Origin: Paraphysomonas bandaiensis
Lineage: Eukaryota > Protista > Chrysophyceae
Assembly (NCBI GenBank): GCA_965644295.1
Contig: CBFFRP010000149.1
Span: 62,001 to 126,000 of the forward strand
Direction: 5' to 3'
Length of the DNA: 64,000 bases
The position numbers were made by a program, and so were the translations under genes. Under the pieces are notes generated by a model that searched no databases, was not told the DNA's origin, and worked only from the letters and a program-made list of their open reading frames with translations. Positions 1 through 11,942 of this stretch are shown piece by piece (position 1 is the stretch's first letter; each line of letters opens with the position of its first letter).

Positions 1-2207
1 GAAAAGGCTCTCCATGCATACAGAAGCATTCAAAGATGTTTCCATCTGTATTGCCTGCAAAAGTACCCCAACGACCTGTATGAGAGGCGGGAGATGGCAA
101 CCTGTCTGGGATGTGCTACAGTGAGTGAAGGATATTGGGAACTGATACAAAACAGTACGAAGAGTAGGATCCACAGCTGCCGCAGGAATATCTGAACTTT
201 TGAATTCTTTATCATAATCCCACAAGCAAACCTACAGATAAAACTACTTCATCAATACAATAAAAAAAGCAAAGAAATTCACGTACGTATTCTCCAAGTG
301 CCCATAAAGCAAAGTGTCGCAGACTAAGAAGACCCTGGTGATGCGAGACGTGGGGAAGAGAACAATGTGATGTATGCAAGTCTTTGGAATATTTACTACG
401 AGATAGCGGTGCGGAGTGCCAGAGAGTCCCGTCAGCAGCACCAATAAGAGAGCGCAAGATAGTTTCCCGGGCATGGCGGTGCTCACCATACTCGTAGAGT
501 TTCTGCCACACCTGGATAAGCACCCCTGCAGCATTCCCCCCATCTGTAACAAAACACCTGACAGCTTCCTCGGCGCACGCTAGAGCCATCCCTAGCAATT
601 CTTCTGAGTAAAATGGTGATGCAGTCACTCTTCCAAACACGTGATTCACTAAATGCTCGGCGAGATCCTCCCCAATAGCAGGTGTCGCTACAATCATCTG
701 CTCTCGAAGCCAATCCCAGAGTCCACAATGGAGCGACACACGCCCTCTGTTGTCGGGCATAATCCACAAAAGTGCTTTCAGCACTTCGCTTCTTGCGTGA
801 GGAAGGTACACACGGGACTGAAGGAATTCCCTGCATAATTGAGCCAACCTTGTACCCAGAGGACGGACTAAGTTCTCAAGGCGCGTTTCTTCTTCCGCGG
901 CACTGCTCTCATCCAAATGGTCATTAATAGGCCGCAGTGTCATATACCGTCCAATACGAATACTTGCTCGACATAAGGGAAAGAGACTAATCTCTCCAAA
1001 ACCAATCGGAATAGTAGCCTCCTGCTGACCTGCTGGTAATGATTGATTCGCAGCAGCAGCCTCATTTCCCGCCTCCTCCGTTACTGGGACAAAGAGTTTA
1101 CTTAGATGTGGGAGGATAGAGTTCACCAGTCGGGAAACTAGTTCCGGACCGCCAATACTTGCAAGGGCTGCACGGAAGGAATCTCCTGCGAAGTTATGGA
1201 GCATGAGACGCATTAATAAGCATGCAAGTGGGGTGAGCACGAAGGTGCAGTTGGTCTGGCGCAGACGTACCTTGTGGAATTTCCGTTAGTACTCGGATGC
1301 ACTCCACACGAATCTTTAAGCGATTGTCTTCAAGCATCTTAAATAAAAATTTCAGCGTCTCCTCTATAGGTCTTTTGGTAGTTATGTTAGCATCTTTATC
1401 GGCTTCTGTGGAGATTATGAAGGCTTTACAAGCTTCCATGAGGTAAACACAACTCATAACATCGCTACAGTGTCTCCAGTCTTTTAAACTGGAAATAAAG
1501 TACTCTCCAATCTCATAGGAATGAGATTCCAACGATGACTTAAGAAGATAGAATGAGTGTCGCGCGAGCTGAATATGGGGAGATCGACAGCCTGTGAGGA
1601 TAACATGTATTGAGTGCGGGGGTGGACACCGACGAATCCGACGAAGTGAAGAAAACAACGCCGTCCAGAAATGAAGGCGATTCTCAAACTCTTCATTAGC
1701 TTTCTTTTGACCTAAAAATTTTTTTTCCTTCTCAGGGTACTTGAGAGTTTTTATAGTAGTTATTAGCGTCGCCTCTACAAGGTCCTCGCTTTGGCAAGCA
1801 AACACAATCCGGGCTAATAACCTCCAGGCCATACATAGTCTACTACCAGTGGCCTGTTTAATTTCAAACAATAGGTGCTGAATTAATTCCGTCGATATCT
1901 TGCTCATAGCCCCGGCGTTACAAGTGTTGCTCACCATATCACTTAACAGGAAATAACTAGTGCGAACTATCTTTTTATCTATATCCAGTGCTGATGTATC
2001 CTTTATCGCACTCAAAAGAGCGCGTGCAAGGCCATCATTATGGCCCTGGTTTGGACCACTGTATACAGATAACTCACGTAGGAGAGTTAACAGATGTTTT
2101 CCATTCTTTATCTTGGCATTAAGTTTACTTGTAATTTCTTGTGCTAATTCCACATAAGGAGTGGAGTTCTTCATATGTTGCTCGAGGTACATGTTGGGTT
2201 GAGCCAT
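1..2207 (-). CDS. Adaptin-like alpha-solenoid coat subunit, probably TSET/TPLATE complex subunit TSAUCER (TASH3-like); multi-exon, 3' end runs off the window
   Basis: ORFs 1194..2207 and 212..1240 are joined by a GT-AG intron at ~1187-1270, with further introns near 335-395 and 205-290. The N-terminal PYVELAQEI...LRELSVYS...LARALL...DKKIVRTSYFLL resembles the TASH3 N-terminus as I recall it, and an adaptin-type ALWALGE motif is present. Confidence 0.55.
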
Positions 2208-2805
2208 GGTGCAGTTTGGAGGAATATGATGCAGTGATTTAGGAGATATGGGTGTGATTAGACTGCAGAGGTAGTGTATAGAGATAGATGGGTTAATAAA
2301 ATGTTGGCATAGATATACATACTCTCACGGTGCAGTAATATATGCTGTATACCTATACACCAGATGTACAGCAGGAGAATATGATGTTGTACTCCTGCAT
2401 TAACTGCAGAAGTACCTCTATATTATTAAGGTGTAGGAATTCCCATATATGCACCCACCTGTACCCAGGAATCCTAATACATAGGTACCCTGTCGTATAC
2501 CGGTATACTACGTCGTATATACAGCAGTACATATGTACAGCAGTACATACAGTATCCAGCCCAATCTGTGTTGCTACTACGTAACATTTCTATTATTTGC
2601 TTCGCAATTACATATAGACATACTGTACATATATACTCATATTACACTAACCTCTCGACCTGTACATAACATTGACCTCATCAATAAGATCATTCTCGAC
2701 TCAGTCAATATAAAGTGTTACGTCGAATGATCTGAGGTCAATCATTCGTATTTATTAAACGGATAATTTATTTCTTCTCACATCATTTTAAGGGGCTTAA
2801 CAGGA

Positions 2806-5800
2806 ATGGCGAACCCTGACACTGCCCTTAATCCGATAACACTGTTGTCTAGAACAGACACACAGACTTTCTCTCTGTATCATTCTTTTTTTCTTTTATC
2901 TATAGATGATAGTGTGGTAAATATTAATTTTAGAGTCCCGCCGTGGAGAGCCCGTATTGACGATGTGGAATCAGCGGTCAAATACTTTGTGACCGATACA
3001 TGTGCACCATGTGAAGATTGTTTTGGAACTTTTGTTATTACAACCTCTGATGGGTCACGATTTCATGCTGCTTGGAGGGGTTCTTCCCCATGTATGTTTG
3101 TGGCGGTAAGGATGACGATAAACCTACTCTCTGTATAACCAGTGTTGCAGGTATCTGTATTTCCGCTAATATCTTTCTCACGAAAAATATTTTCATTTCT
3201 AATGGACGAAGATTCGAATACCATCTCACCCGTTCTGAACACACTTTGCGAGTATCCAGTGATATCTCTTCCTCTTATGCGATATGATATACGCCTCAGC
3301 GGCGGCACACTGCCTCTAAATTTTAACGCAATTGGACTTGTGGATGACGAGGATATGAATTTGATTGCGCTGAAACTTTTAAATCCCCAAATGCTTGTGG
3401 AGACTTGGGAAGCCCTGCTGCTTGAGAACAAGGTGTTGGTCATATCGTCAGTTCCTGCAGTTGTGCCCTACTGCTGCGAATTTGTGAGACGTCTTGTGCT
3501 GCCACTAGTGGTGATCAACACATATGTCCCCTTCCTTCCAGATGAGCTTTTGAGCACGATAGAGGCGCCGTTCCCTTATCTAGTTGGAGCCCAATCGGAG
3601 GCGGTGTACCGCAACAGAGTGGATCTCTCTGATACCTTTGTAGTGGACCTGGACGCCCAAGTTGTCCGTCCCCCAAGTAACGGGTCCTATTCTACGGATC
3701 GGGCACCTGCGTCTATGAAGAGTCGAGTAGTTCAAGAAATTAACACCGTACTTCTAGAGCCTCTGGCAACATGGGCATGTCGGGCGCTCGATCCGGTGAT
3801 GAAGGATGATGGTGTCCATGTACAACAATTGGATAGGGAAGATTGTCTAGCGGCCCATCCGCATTCAAGTAGCCTTCAGAAGAAGTCTTCTGATTCTATT
3901 CTACAGTGCTTTATCCGACTAAATTTGTCCCTTTTTGGTGCTAGACACTGTGATGTGCGGGCGTTCTACCGCCGTTGCGAGAGACCATTTTCCAAATCGA
4001 AACACCATTTTAACCTACCAAAACATAAGGGCCCAGATGGGCGGGTGTCGTCCATGGGGTTCTCTCACCGTAGCGGGGTGATATGTGGGTGCATGCAGCT
4101 GCTAAATGAGAGAAAAGACATAGATGTTCTTCAGTTTCTCCCATGTTGGATAGAAATGGACACTGTCGTTTTTGCAGTTCACGAACATGCTGACGAGCTC
4201 CCCCTTATATTTGTGCTCATAAAGGATATCGTTGCTGTGTCGCCTTCTCCAGCAGAGCCAGAGGGACATGTGTTTGATATCCAAATCAAATCTCAGATGA
4301 CATACAGGTTTGCTGCCACAGACCCCGAGTCTAGACGGGAGTGGATAAGAGAGATCGAGAAGATTACCAGTGTATCGCAGGAGTTTCATGCGTCACCTCT
4401 GCCTGGAGCGTCGGGAGTACAGCACCAATTGTCGACCAACTCAGTTTTTTCGGATGACAATAGTGCCGCGGAGTCGTTGCAAGACGATCGATCAAAGTAT
4501 ACATCTGAAGACGAGTCTGATGCGCTTAGTATATTTCGGTCCAAAATAGTGCAGACCCAAATGGTGTCATTCTTTAAATCTAGAACAGAGTTTCATGAAT
4601 ATGAGTCTATTCTACAGGAGCACAGCATGTCTTTTGATGATCTCACTCTCGGTTCTATTGTGTTAGTTGATTCCGGGGATACTACAGAGGAGCCCACTCC
4701 ATCGACGGATACGATGGATTCATGTAGTTTAGATGAAAATGGAAAAAGTTGCGCAGAAAATCAACGATCTTGTATAGGCCGTAAAGGGTCATATATTCAA
4801 CCACCTTATGAACGAAACTCCAGCAAAGGTCCTTCAGACTTTGAGACCACAATGTGCAGCGATGCAGTTATTAAAAATATAAAATTGATATGGGGATTGT
4901 ATGTGAGCGGTGATTTAGTTACCACGATAGGTCCAGATATATCGAGATACTCTAGTCACCAGCAGGATACACGCCGAAATGGTGTTGCCATGCGGAAGTC
5001 GAATATTAACACGGAGTCGGCCTATTGGTTAGTACAGAATCCTATATGCCAGGCAGCATCTCTAGCATTTTTGGGGAGAGACCCCAGGGACTACCGCAGC
5101 TTTGAAGATAGGAAGAGCAGGATAAGTTTATTGGACCAATCTGAGAACGTGGAGAAGCAATCATCTAACTGGAGTCCGTTAAGTAGTCTTTTGCGACCGT
5201 TCCAGAATAAAGATGACACGGTATGCATATGATGCTCGAAGACGTATTATAATTAAGTAAGTTTTACTTTTATTTGTGTTTCGTAAACAGGAGTCTACAT
5301 CAAGAAGTGCGGCAATTAAAGACGAGCTGAATGTTGCAATAAAAGAAGAGTTGTTACTACGTCACGCTGCAGGCGAGCTACTTCAGCGCATCGCCGCTAC
5401 CCATCGACAGTGTGAGGCAGACCTACGGAAACTGTTAGTGCAAACAAAAATGAGGAATGTTGCTGATGTGATGGATGTCAATTGCACTCTAAGTGAAGGT
5501 CGGAAAGAGGCGGTGATTAAAATTAACATCGACCTGGTTGCAAGACTGTCAGTTGGAAAGCAAGGCGAGGGTCCTCCCAACAGTAGTCGGAACAGCTGTT
5601 TAAACAAGTCTTGGAGCGAAGTGATGTCTAGATGGACAGGCGGAATAATCAGTCCCCCATGTATGTCTCGTCAGTCATCCGGCGATATCTCTGTTGGAAA
5701 GCCACATACGCCAGAAATAAAGCACCAGGACTTTTTCTTCTGTATGCCGTCTGTCGATGGATGTGATGAAGTGAACATGAGGCGATCTATGGTTCGAATG

Positions 5801-7971
5801 GATAGTTGTACAGCGGATTCCATGTGCAGTGTTGAGGATACTGATTTCTCTGTACTCTCACCCTTAGACACCTCACATGTCGGCACTACCAAAAAGGTTG
5901 TCTATATATCACCTGAGGCAGATGGCATACGACGTCAAATCAGGAGGGTTATATCTGGACATCTCCGTACATGTCTAACAGAGGATGCCCCGGACCAGAA
6001 CCAAGTCCTTGTGCCTGTGCTAAGTGCGATGAAGGGTTACGTATGTGGACGACTGACGGGCGGGGAGAAGGAGGCTATTGGGGCGTATTCCGTAGGAGCC
6101 CTCGGTGACCAAGTGAGGATTATGCGCTGTTTGGTGGACGTATTCATTGGCTACACACGACCGAAAAAAACGGCTGTGGAACTTGATACAGTTGCTGCAG
6201 ATCTTTGTGACACCAAGGATTCAGAACTCTCAGGAGCAGACGCTGCTAATATCACCACAGAAGAGGAGTTTCGCAATTGCCCCAATGAACCCTCTCTTCC
6301 AAGGGAAGCTGGCATGCTGCTCACAAGCTCTCAGGTAGAGCATTTTTTGTGCTCATCAGTGGAGGCCGGCGAGATGATTGGCCTACAGGCTGTGCGGTTT
6401 TTGACGGAGCTCATGCATAGATGCCTCACGCGTCGGATGGCCGAAAGGATAGTTGAACAAACAACAAACTTGCCCATACAGTCATTTCAAGAAAATGTGT
6501 TGTCGGAGTTTAAACGCGAGGTTGCATTTGGAATATATAGTAGAAAGAGGTATGTATGACGCTGATATTACAATGATTTGCCCAACACGTTTTATGTGTA
6601 GAGTATCATTGTCGAATATGCAACCATCGTTTATTTGGGTAAATGCCGCACTTACTAAGAAGTCAGAAGTTCTCAATGAGGTGGTGATGTGCACGATGTC
6701 AGCATCTAAGGTATACATTTTGCTGTGAGCAAATCTGCATGTCCTTCATTGTTGTAATGTTGTGTATTGTGTTCGTATTCCCAGCCCTGTGAGCTGTCCA
6801 TTCAGCTGCTGAATTCACTTCGCGAAATGTTGAGAGCTTCACGACCTGAAAGCCAGGATAATATGGAAGGCGAGCCCTCCCCGCTCAGTGCCATGAACCA
6901 CCTCGCTGGACTTCACCGGGTGTGTGATTAAACTTCGTGGATTAAACACACTTCTAACCATACTTTAGTTGAATCTTACAGATAAGCAGCGTGAAGCACT
7001 TTGTACTTCATCAGCATTTCGTTCGTTTGAAGTGCAGAGCTGTCAACTTCAGGTTCATGTTATTATCAATCGTACGTACCTTTGCTGACGTATAGAACGT
7101 TTGTAGATGGTGGATATCGTGTCGATGGATGACAATACGAAGACTGTCTTCTTTAGCAATATGTTTAATGTGATTACTGGTACGTGGGTGTGTGCACATA
7201 GACATTGTGGTTAGCTTGTTTGCTAACACTGTTTGTGTCACAGTGCATGGTCTCATCGTAAGAGGATACACAGGCAACGGATTTTATGACAAATGTAATT
7301 TCATGCGCACGACCAAGTACAATATTAATGGACAGATATTCAATCTCTTAGAGGTATGTACTTTATTTACCAGTGTATACTGATTATTTACATATGGACT
7401 GGTACAGATCGAGCACACGATATTAAGAGCACAATCATCTTCTCCGAACTCAATAGTGGGACCTTTCATTCACGTTTCAGAGCGTAGTCCTAAAGTTGCA
7501 TTTGCATTGAAGAAACCAATGTGCGTAGTAGTATAAATGTTGAGATTTTACGTATCTAAGTGAGTATTTCATAGGCCACTGGTGACCTTCACACTCTTCC
7601 AAGCGGCTGTATCATCGCCCCCACTCACTACCCTTTGGGACCCCAGCTCTGTTGAGTCGGAACTCAAGCGCGCAGCGGCAGCATATCTGCACTCCCATGC
7701 ACGGGTTGACAGGTATCGGTTAAGAGTGATATATATGCTTCAGCTGTTAACTGACATTGACCACAGTAAAACACGGACACTCCTGCTGCCTGAAGTTTTC
7801 AAGTGGTATTGGCGTGACTTCGGTGGCTCGAAAAAAGCTGTGCTCAATACTGTTCTGCTCCTAATTGGGCGCGACAGCAAGCTATATGATGACATCACCA
7901 AATATGTTGATCAAACAAAGCCTAGAATTTCCCATATTCCCTACGATTGGACATTGGTGCTGCTTATGTAA
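2806..7971 (+). CDS. DENN domain (Rab GEF) + PH domain + C-terminal DUF547 protein; multi-exon, start uncertain
   Basis: DENN core WEALLLENKVLVISS...YVPFLPDELLSTIEAPFPYLVG; PH-like FDIQIKSQMTYRFAATDPESRREWIREI; DUF547-like HGLIVRGY...MRTTKYNINGQIFNLLE|IEHTILRA and LLPEVFKWYWRDFG. ORFs 2806-3138, 3142-5232, 5276-6559 and 7582-7971 are co-oriented and linkable by short GT-AG introns. Confidence 0.75.
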
Positions 7972-8387
7972 ATAGGTCAAGATAGATGAATATGTGTTGT
8001 GCGAAAATTTAGAATAAAATGATATACTATGCTGAAATCTCACATCGCCTAGAATCTCGAGATGTTTGATTGACGGGTGTAATGAGTAACTCTAACGTTA
8101 CATGATACATGTAACGATAATTTCTGGAATAGACGAAACTATGCTACAGTTGACTTGAAGCAGAAGTGTTTACCTGGGGTAGTTTCAGATGAAAAGTATT
8201 CTAGCTCAAGACAGTGGAGTTATGTCAGATGTGTACGTGCTACATATATGTACTTAATCGTCAATTATTGAAATTGAAATAATTGAAATTTGGACAGGAA
8301 ACACAACTACAATTGACTACAACAATACAACCCACTTCAATTAATTGAAATATTTTAAATACCATCGATTTGATATTGGCAAGGTAG

Positions 8388-8880
8388 TCGTGAATTGCTG
8401 ATTATTAGCAACCGGCGTGTAAGGGTCAGAACTAATATAGCATTTCAATAATATAACTAACTAGTGTTTATACCTCTGATATCCTACTATATTCAACGCT
8501 ACGAAAGCACCAAGGTGCAACTACTTTCGCTCTATCACTCAAAGCAAACGCAGTGGGGAAGCAGAATGTTGATATACCTGATATCTGCTGACTTCAGGAT
8601 TTTTGAGTTCTTGAGGTAAATATCCCGGATGCTTGACTTCAACAGGCAGCCCAAAACCCCGACTGTCGTTGAGGTGGGCCCGTTCCCGGATGCCTGTTTA
8701 TTCGTCAAGTCCCAAGGACGTCTACAGATGTGAGGCTTATTTGTGTCTTTTGTATCACACCAGCATTTGGCTATGAGTGGGCATAGCAATATCTGCTGAC
8801 ACTATATATAAGCGGTTCACGATAGTGTCCCGGAGAAATATATATCAGGTACTTAACCACTGAACACCACGAAAAAGTGC
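8388..8880 (-). mobile_element. SINE-like dispersed repeat, copy 1
   Basis: Reverse complement of the unit at 32085-32549 and 38370-38746: GCATCCGGG sub-repeats, GCACCTTGGTGC core, 3' end ACGCC...TTGCTAATAATCAG. Confidence 0.65.
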
Positions 8881-8989
8881 AAGGCCGTCTTTGTTGAGAG
8901 ACTTGCACTAATCGGAGTGCGTATTTTCGTTGTAATTTATATTTCCGTGTGTGTAGAATCTTATATATATATATATATATATTATATAT

Positions 8990-10800
8990 TGAATGTCTGA
9001 TTATTTAGCAATAGGCGTTGAAAGCCTGCACCAATTAGTGGCTAGAAGAATGCTAGTCATACTAGTTAGACTACTACCCGTAACTAATCAATACAAACTC
9101 TTTTATCCTACTATTTAACGCTACAGAAGCTGCTTGTGCGTCGCCGCAAGCACCAAGGTGCAACCACTTCCGTTCTTAGTGTGTGTTATGAGGCTCGCCA
9201 TGATCGTGTGTCCTGGGACTCACCGGCGCGTGTGATCTGGAGGTCTCCTCTTGGGATGAGACTCCACTCGCTATATGATAGATAGCCTTATGTACCTCAC
9301 GGGGACTGACTTATTAGCCTTATGGCAGTTAGGGGAAACAGTAATATGCCCTTCTGAGATTGGCGATCTGGTGGCCTTCCTTTAGGCATTGTTCCAAGTG
9401 GCTCGGAGGTATGTGGATGAAGGTCTTGCAAAAGGTTATGGCCTACTGTGAAGAAGCGACGAAATCGGCTCTTTTGCTGTCTTAGCCAGCGGTAGAGAAC
9501 ACATGCAAGAGGGTGTATAGCTGTACAGGGGTGGGATGTGAGGGTCATCCGGTGTGTCCAGCTACAGGGAGTCGAGAGGGAGTGTGATGGTGCAAGAGAG
9601 GCAACATCTGATTGAGGGGAGTGAGACTGCGCAACAGAACAAGAGTCACTGAGGTCGAGTACTCTGATAGCCCTATGCACGAGATGATCGTGATGATGAT
9701 GATGGTCTGGAGGAGACACTCGGACGTCCTCAGCTGCCCTTGTTAGTGTCTGTGTTGGTGCAGGGGGGTACAGGCTGAGGCATAGAGTATGTGTGTAAGG
9801 AAGATGACGGCAAGGTATCAGAGACGAAGGGAGGGGAGATAGTTTGTCCGGGGGTTTTCTAGGAGGAGGTAGAGTGTACTGTGTGTGTGTATGACACTGC
9901 AGTGGTGTTATGAGTGTGTTGGACAGAGAGAGAGAGCTGGTGATGTGTCCAGCAGTACAGGTAGACAGGTACAAGTACATGGTGATGTGTCCAACAGTAC
10001 AGGTAGACAGGTACATGGACATGGTGATGTGTCCAGCAGTACAAGTAGACAGGTACATGGACATGGTGATGTGTCCAACAGTACAGGTATACAGGTACAT
10101 GGACATGGTGATGTGTCCAACAGTACAGGTATACAGGTACATGGACATGGTGATGTGTCCAACAGCAGTAGAGGTATACACGGAATGGTATACATCCTGT
10201 AGGACACAGTAGTACAGTAGTCGAGTATACCGTATGCGGAATACAGTGTCTATCCAATGAGATGGATGGGCTGTGGGGGTGATAGGTGAACAGGGTGAGG
10301 GGGTAGCCTGCTGGGTGGATGGACCACAGACAAACCATGTTGGGTTGGGTTGAGTGGGCGGCAGAAGGCAGCCCTGTTGCACAGTTGAGAGGGATCGAGA
10401 GTATTCAGTGATTGCATAGGGGGTCCATGGGGGTCGTTTTCGTGAGCCTGCTCGCACGAGCCATGTTCTGAGAGGTTGTAGCCGTAGAAAGCGATGGGTG
10501 AGACGAAGTTGTCTGCTGAGGGGATAGCACATAGGTGCGGTCAGCGCTGCATTGGTGCAGGCACGTGGTTTAACTGAAGTAGTTGAGTAGGGTGAAGGTT
10601 GCAAGGCCAGGCAGGGGGGCTTGGAGCGTGTACAACATGGTGTGACAGGTAATTTGTCGGAAGCGTGGTGGTCAACAAAATGCAGCAGTAAGGGAGTGTA
10701 AAAGGCCCTGGGCACACTGATGTGACTCAGCCACGGTCTCAATAGAGACATTGGGCTTGGAGCTGGTTAATAGGGTGAAACTTTATGTTGGACTGTATTT
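8990..10800 (-). mobile_element. Degenerate 3' part of a non-LTR (LINE-like) retrotransposon interrupted by a minisatellite
   Basis: C-rich minus strand encoding ...MPKGRPPD (~9385-9363), then the shared tail core GTGGTTGCACCTTGGTGCTTGCGGCGACGCACAAGCAGC, terminus CGCCTATTGCTAAATAATCAGACATTCA and a (TA)n run at 8962-8989. The 5' boundary is approximate. Confidence 0.55.
9939..10180. repeat. 42-bp minisatellite, about 5.7 copies
   Basis: Unit GGTGATGTGTCCARCAGTACAGGTAKACAGGTACATGGACAT starts at 9939, 9981, 10023, 10065, 10107 and 10149. Confidence 0.95.
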
Positions 10801-10917
10801 GCCATCGTAGGGCAGAGAATTTTTTTGTGTAGAATCTTGGTAGAGTATATATTTTAATTATGCGGCTTTTAAGTAAACAATAAAAAGTTAATATTGTTCT
10901 ATATTGCAAAAAATATG

Positions 10918-11309
10918 GTCACAGAAGATATTGTTCTGCCCGTTCACTGATAAGTGTCGCTTGTGTACTTAGTGTACTTAGACGTCCTTGGGCCTTGACG
11001 AATAAAAACAGGCATCCGGGAATGGCCCCACCTGAAGGGCATCCGGGATATTGGGCTGCTTGCTGAATTCAAATATCTGGAAATGGGCCCACCTCAAAGG
11101 CATCCGGGGTCAAGCATCCGGGCTCTTCACCTTAATGACAAAAAGAGTAAAAATGGTTGTACCTTGGTACTTGCGGTGACGTACAAGCAGCTTTCGTAGC
11201 GCGCCAAATAGTAGGATATCAGAGTTAAGCACTAGTTAGTTAAAAAATATTTTTACGGCATTTGTTCTGACTCTTACACACCTATTGCTAATACTCAGAC
11301 ATTTACTAT
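10918..11309 (+). mobile_element. SINE-like dispersed repeat, copy 2
   Basis: AGATATTGTTCTGCCC...GGCATCCGGG repeats...ACCTTGGTACTTGCGGTGACGTACAAGCAGC...CCTATTGCTAATACTCAGACATTTACTA. Confidence 0.65.
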
Positions 11310-11942
11310 TTCCATAACAATGCTTGTATTCATATTAATGCAATGCAAATGTTATCCCATGTTTAACGTAGATATAAATTTTAAAACTTTGGTGTGTGTA
11401 CAGCTAACACATTGTAATGCAATATATTGTAATCTAGCTTCCCAAAAAAATATGGGTACTGGTGTCAAGAATAAATATTACAGCATTTAAATATATTGTT
11501 CTGGATGACGAAACGCATTAATAGGACTATGTTTGAATGAATCAAATCCGTAGAGTATCAAAATTTCCATTTGACACTATAGTAAAAGCCGTTGCTTCAA
11601 TTATGTGTGATACCAAAGAGAATATTAGGTATGTAAAAGCAACATACCAGCAAAAGATCAGTGCCAATTGATGGAACTTATACTCTAAAATTATGATGCA
11701 TCAGTAGAGCTTAAAAGCTCTACCACAGCGCATAATTTCACCTGATGAAGAGGTTGCTACACAGCTCTGTAACACTTCAGACTCTTATTCTTCATTTCAT
11801 TACAGAAAAGCTGCAACATATGACGTCTTACTGGTCAATGTATGAGCACACATGTGCACAAATATAAACAAACCACAAACTCTAAATAACTATCCAACGG
11901 CATAAGTAAGACAACACTGCGCTACTGCACTTGTATCATTCA

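Noticed and set aside
1187-1270. Programmed frameshift or alternative genetic code suggested by overlapping or broken ORFs
   Set aside because: Canonical GT-AG introns explain this break and the others examined; long ORFs translate cleanly with the standard code.
9939-10180. CRISPR-like array
   Set aside because: The 42-bp units are contiguous with no unique spacers, there are no cas genes, and the context is eukaryotic.
9297-10751. 484-aa minus-strand ORF as a host gene
   Set aside because: It spans a minisatellite and C-rich decayed retroelement sequence and has no coherent domain; only the PKGRPPD end is informative.
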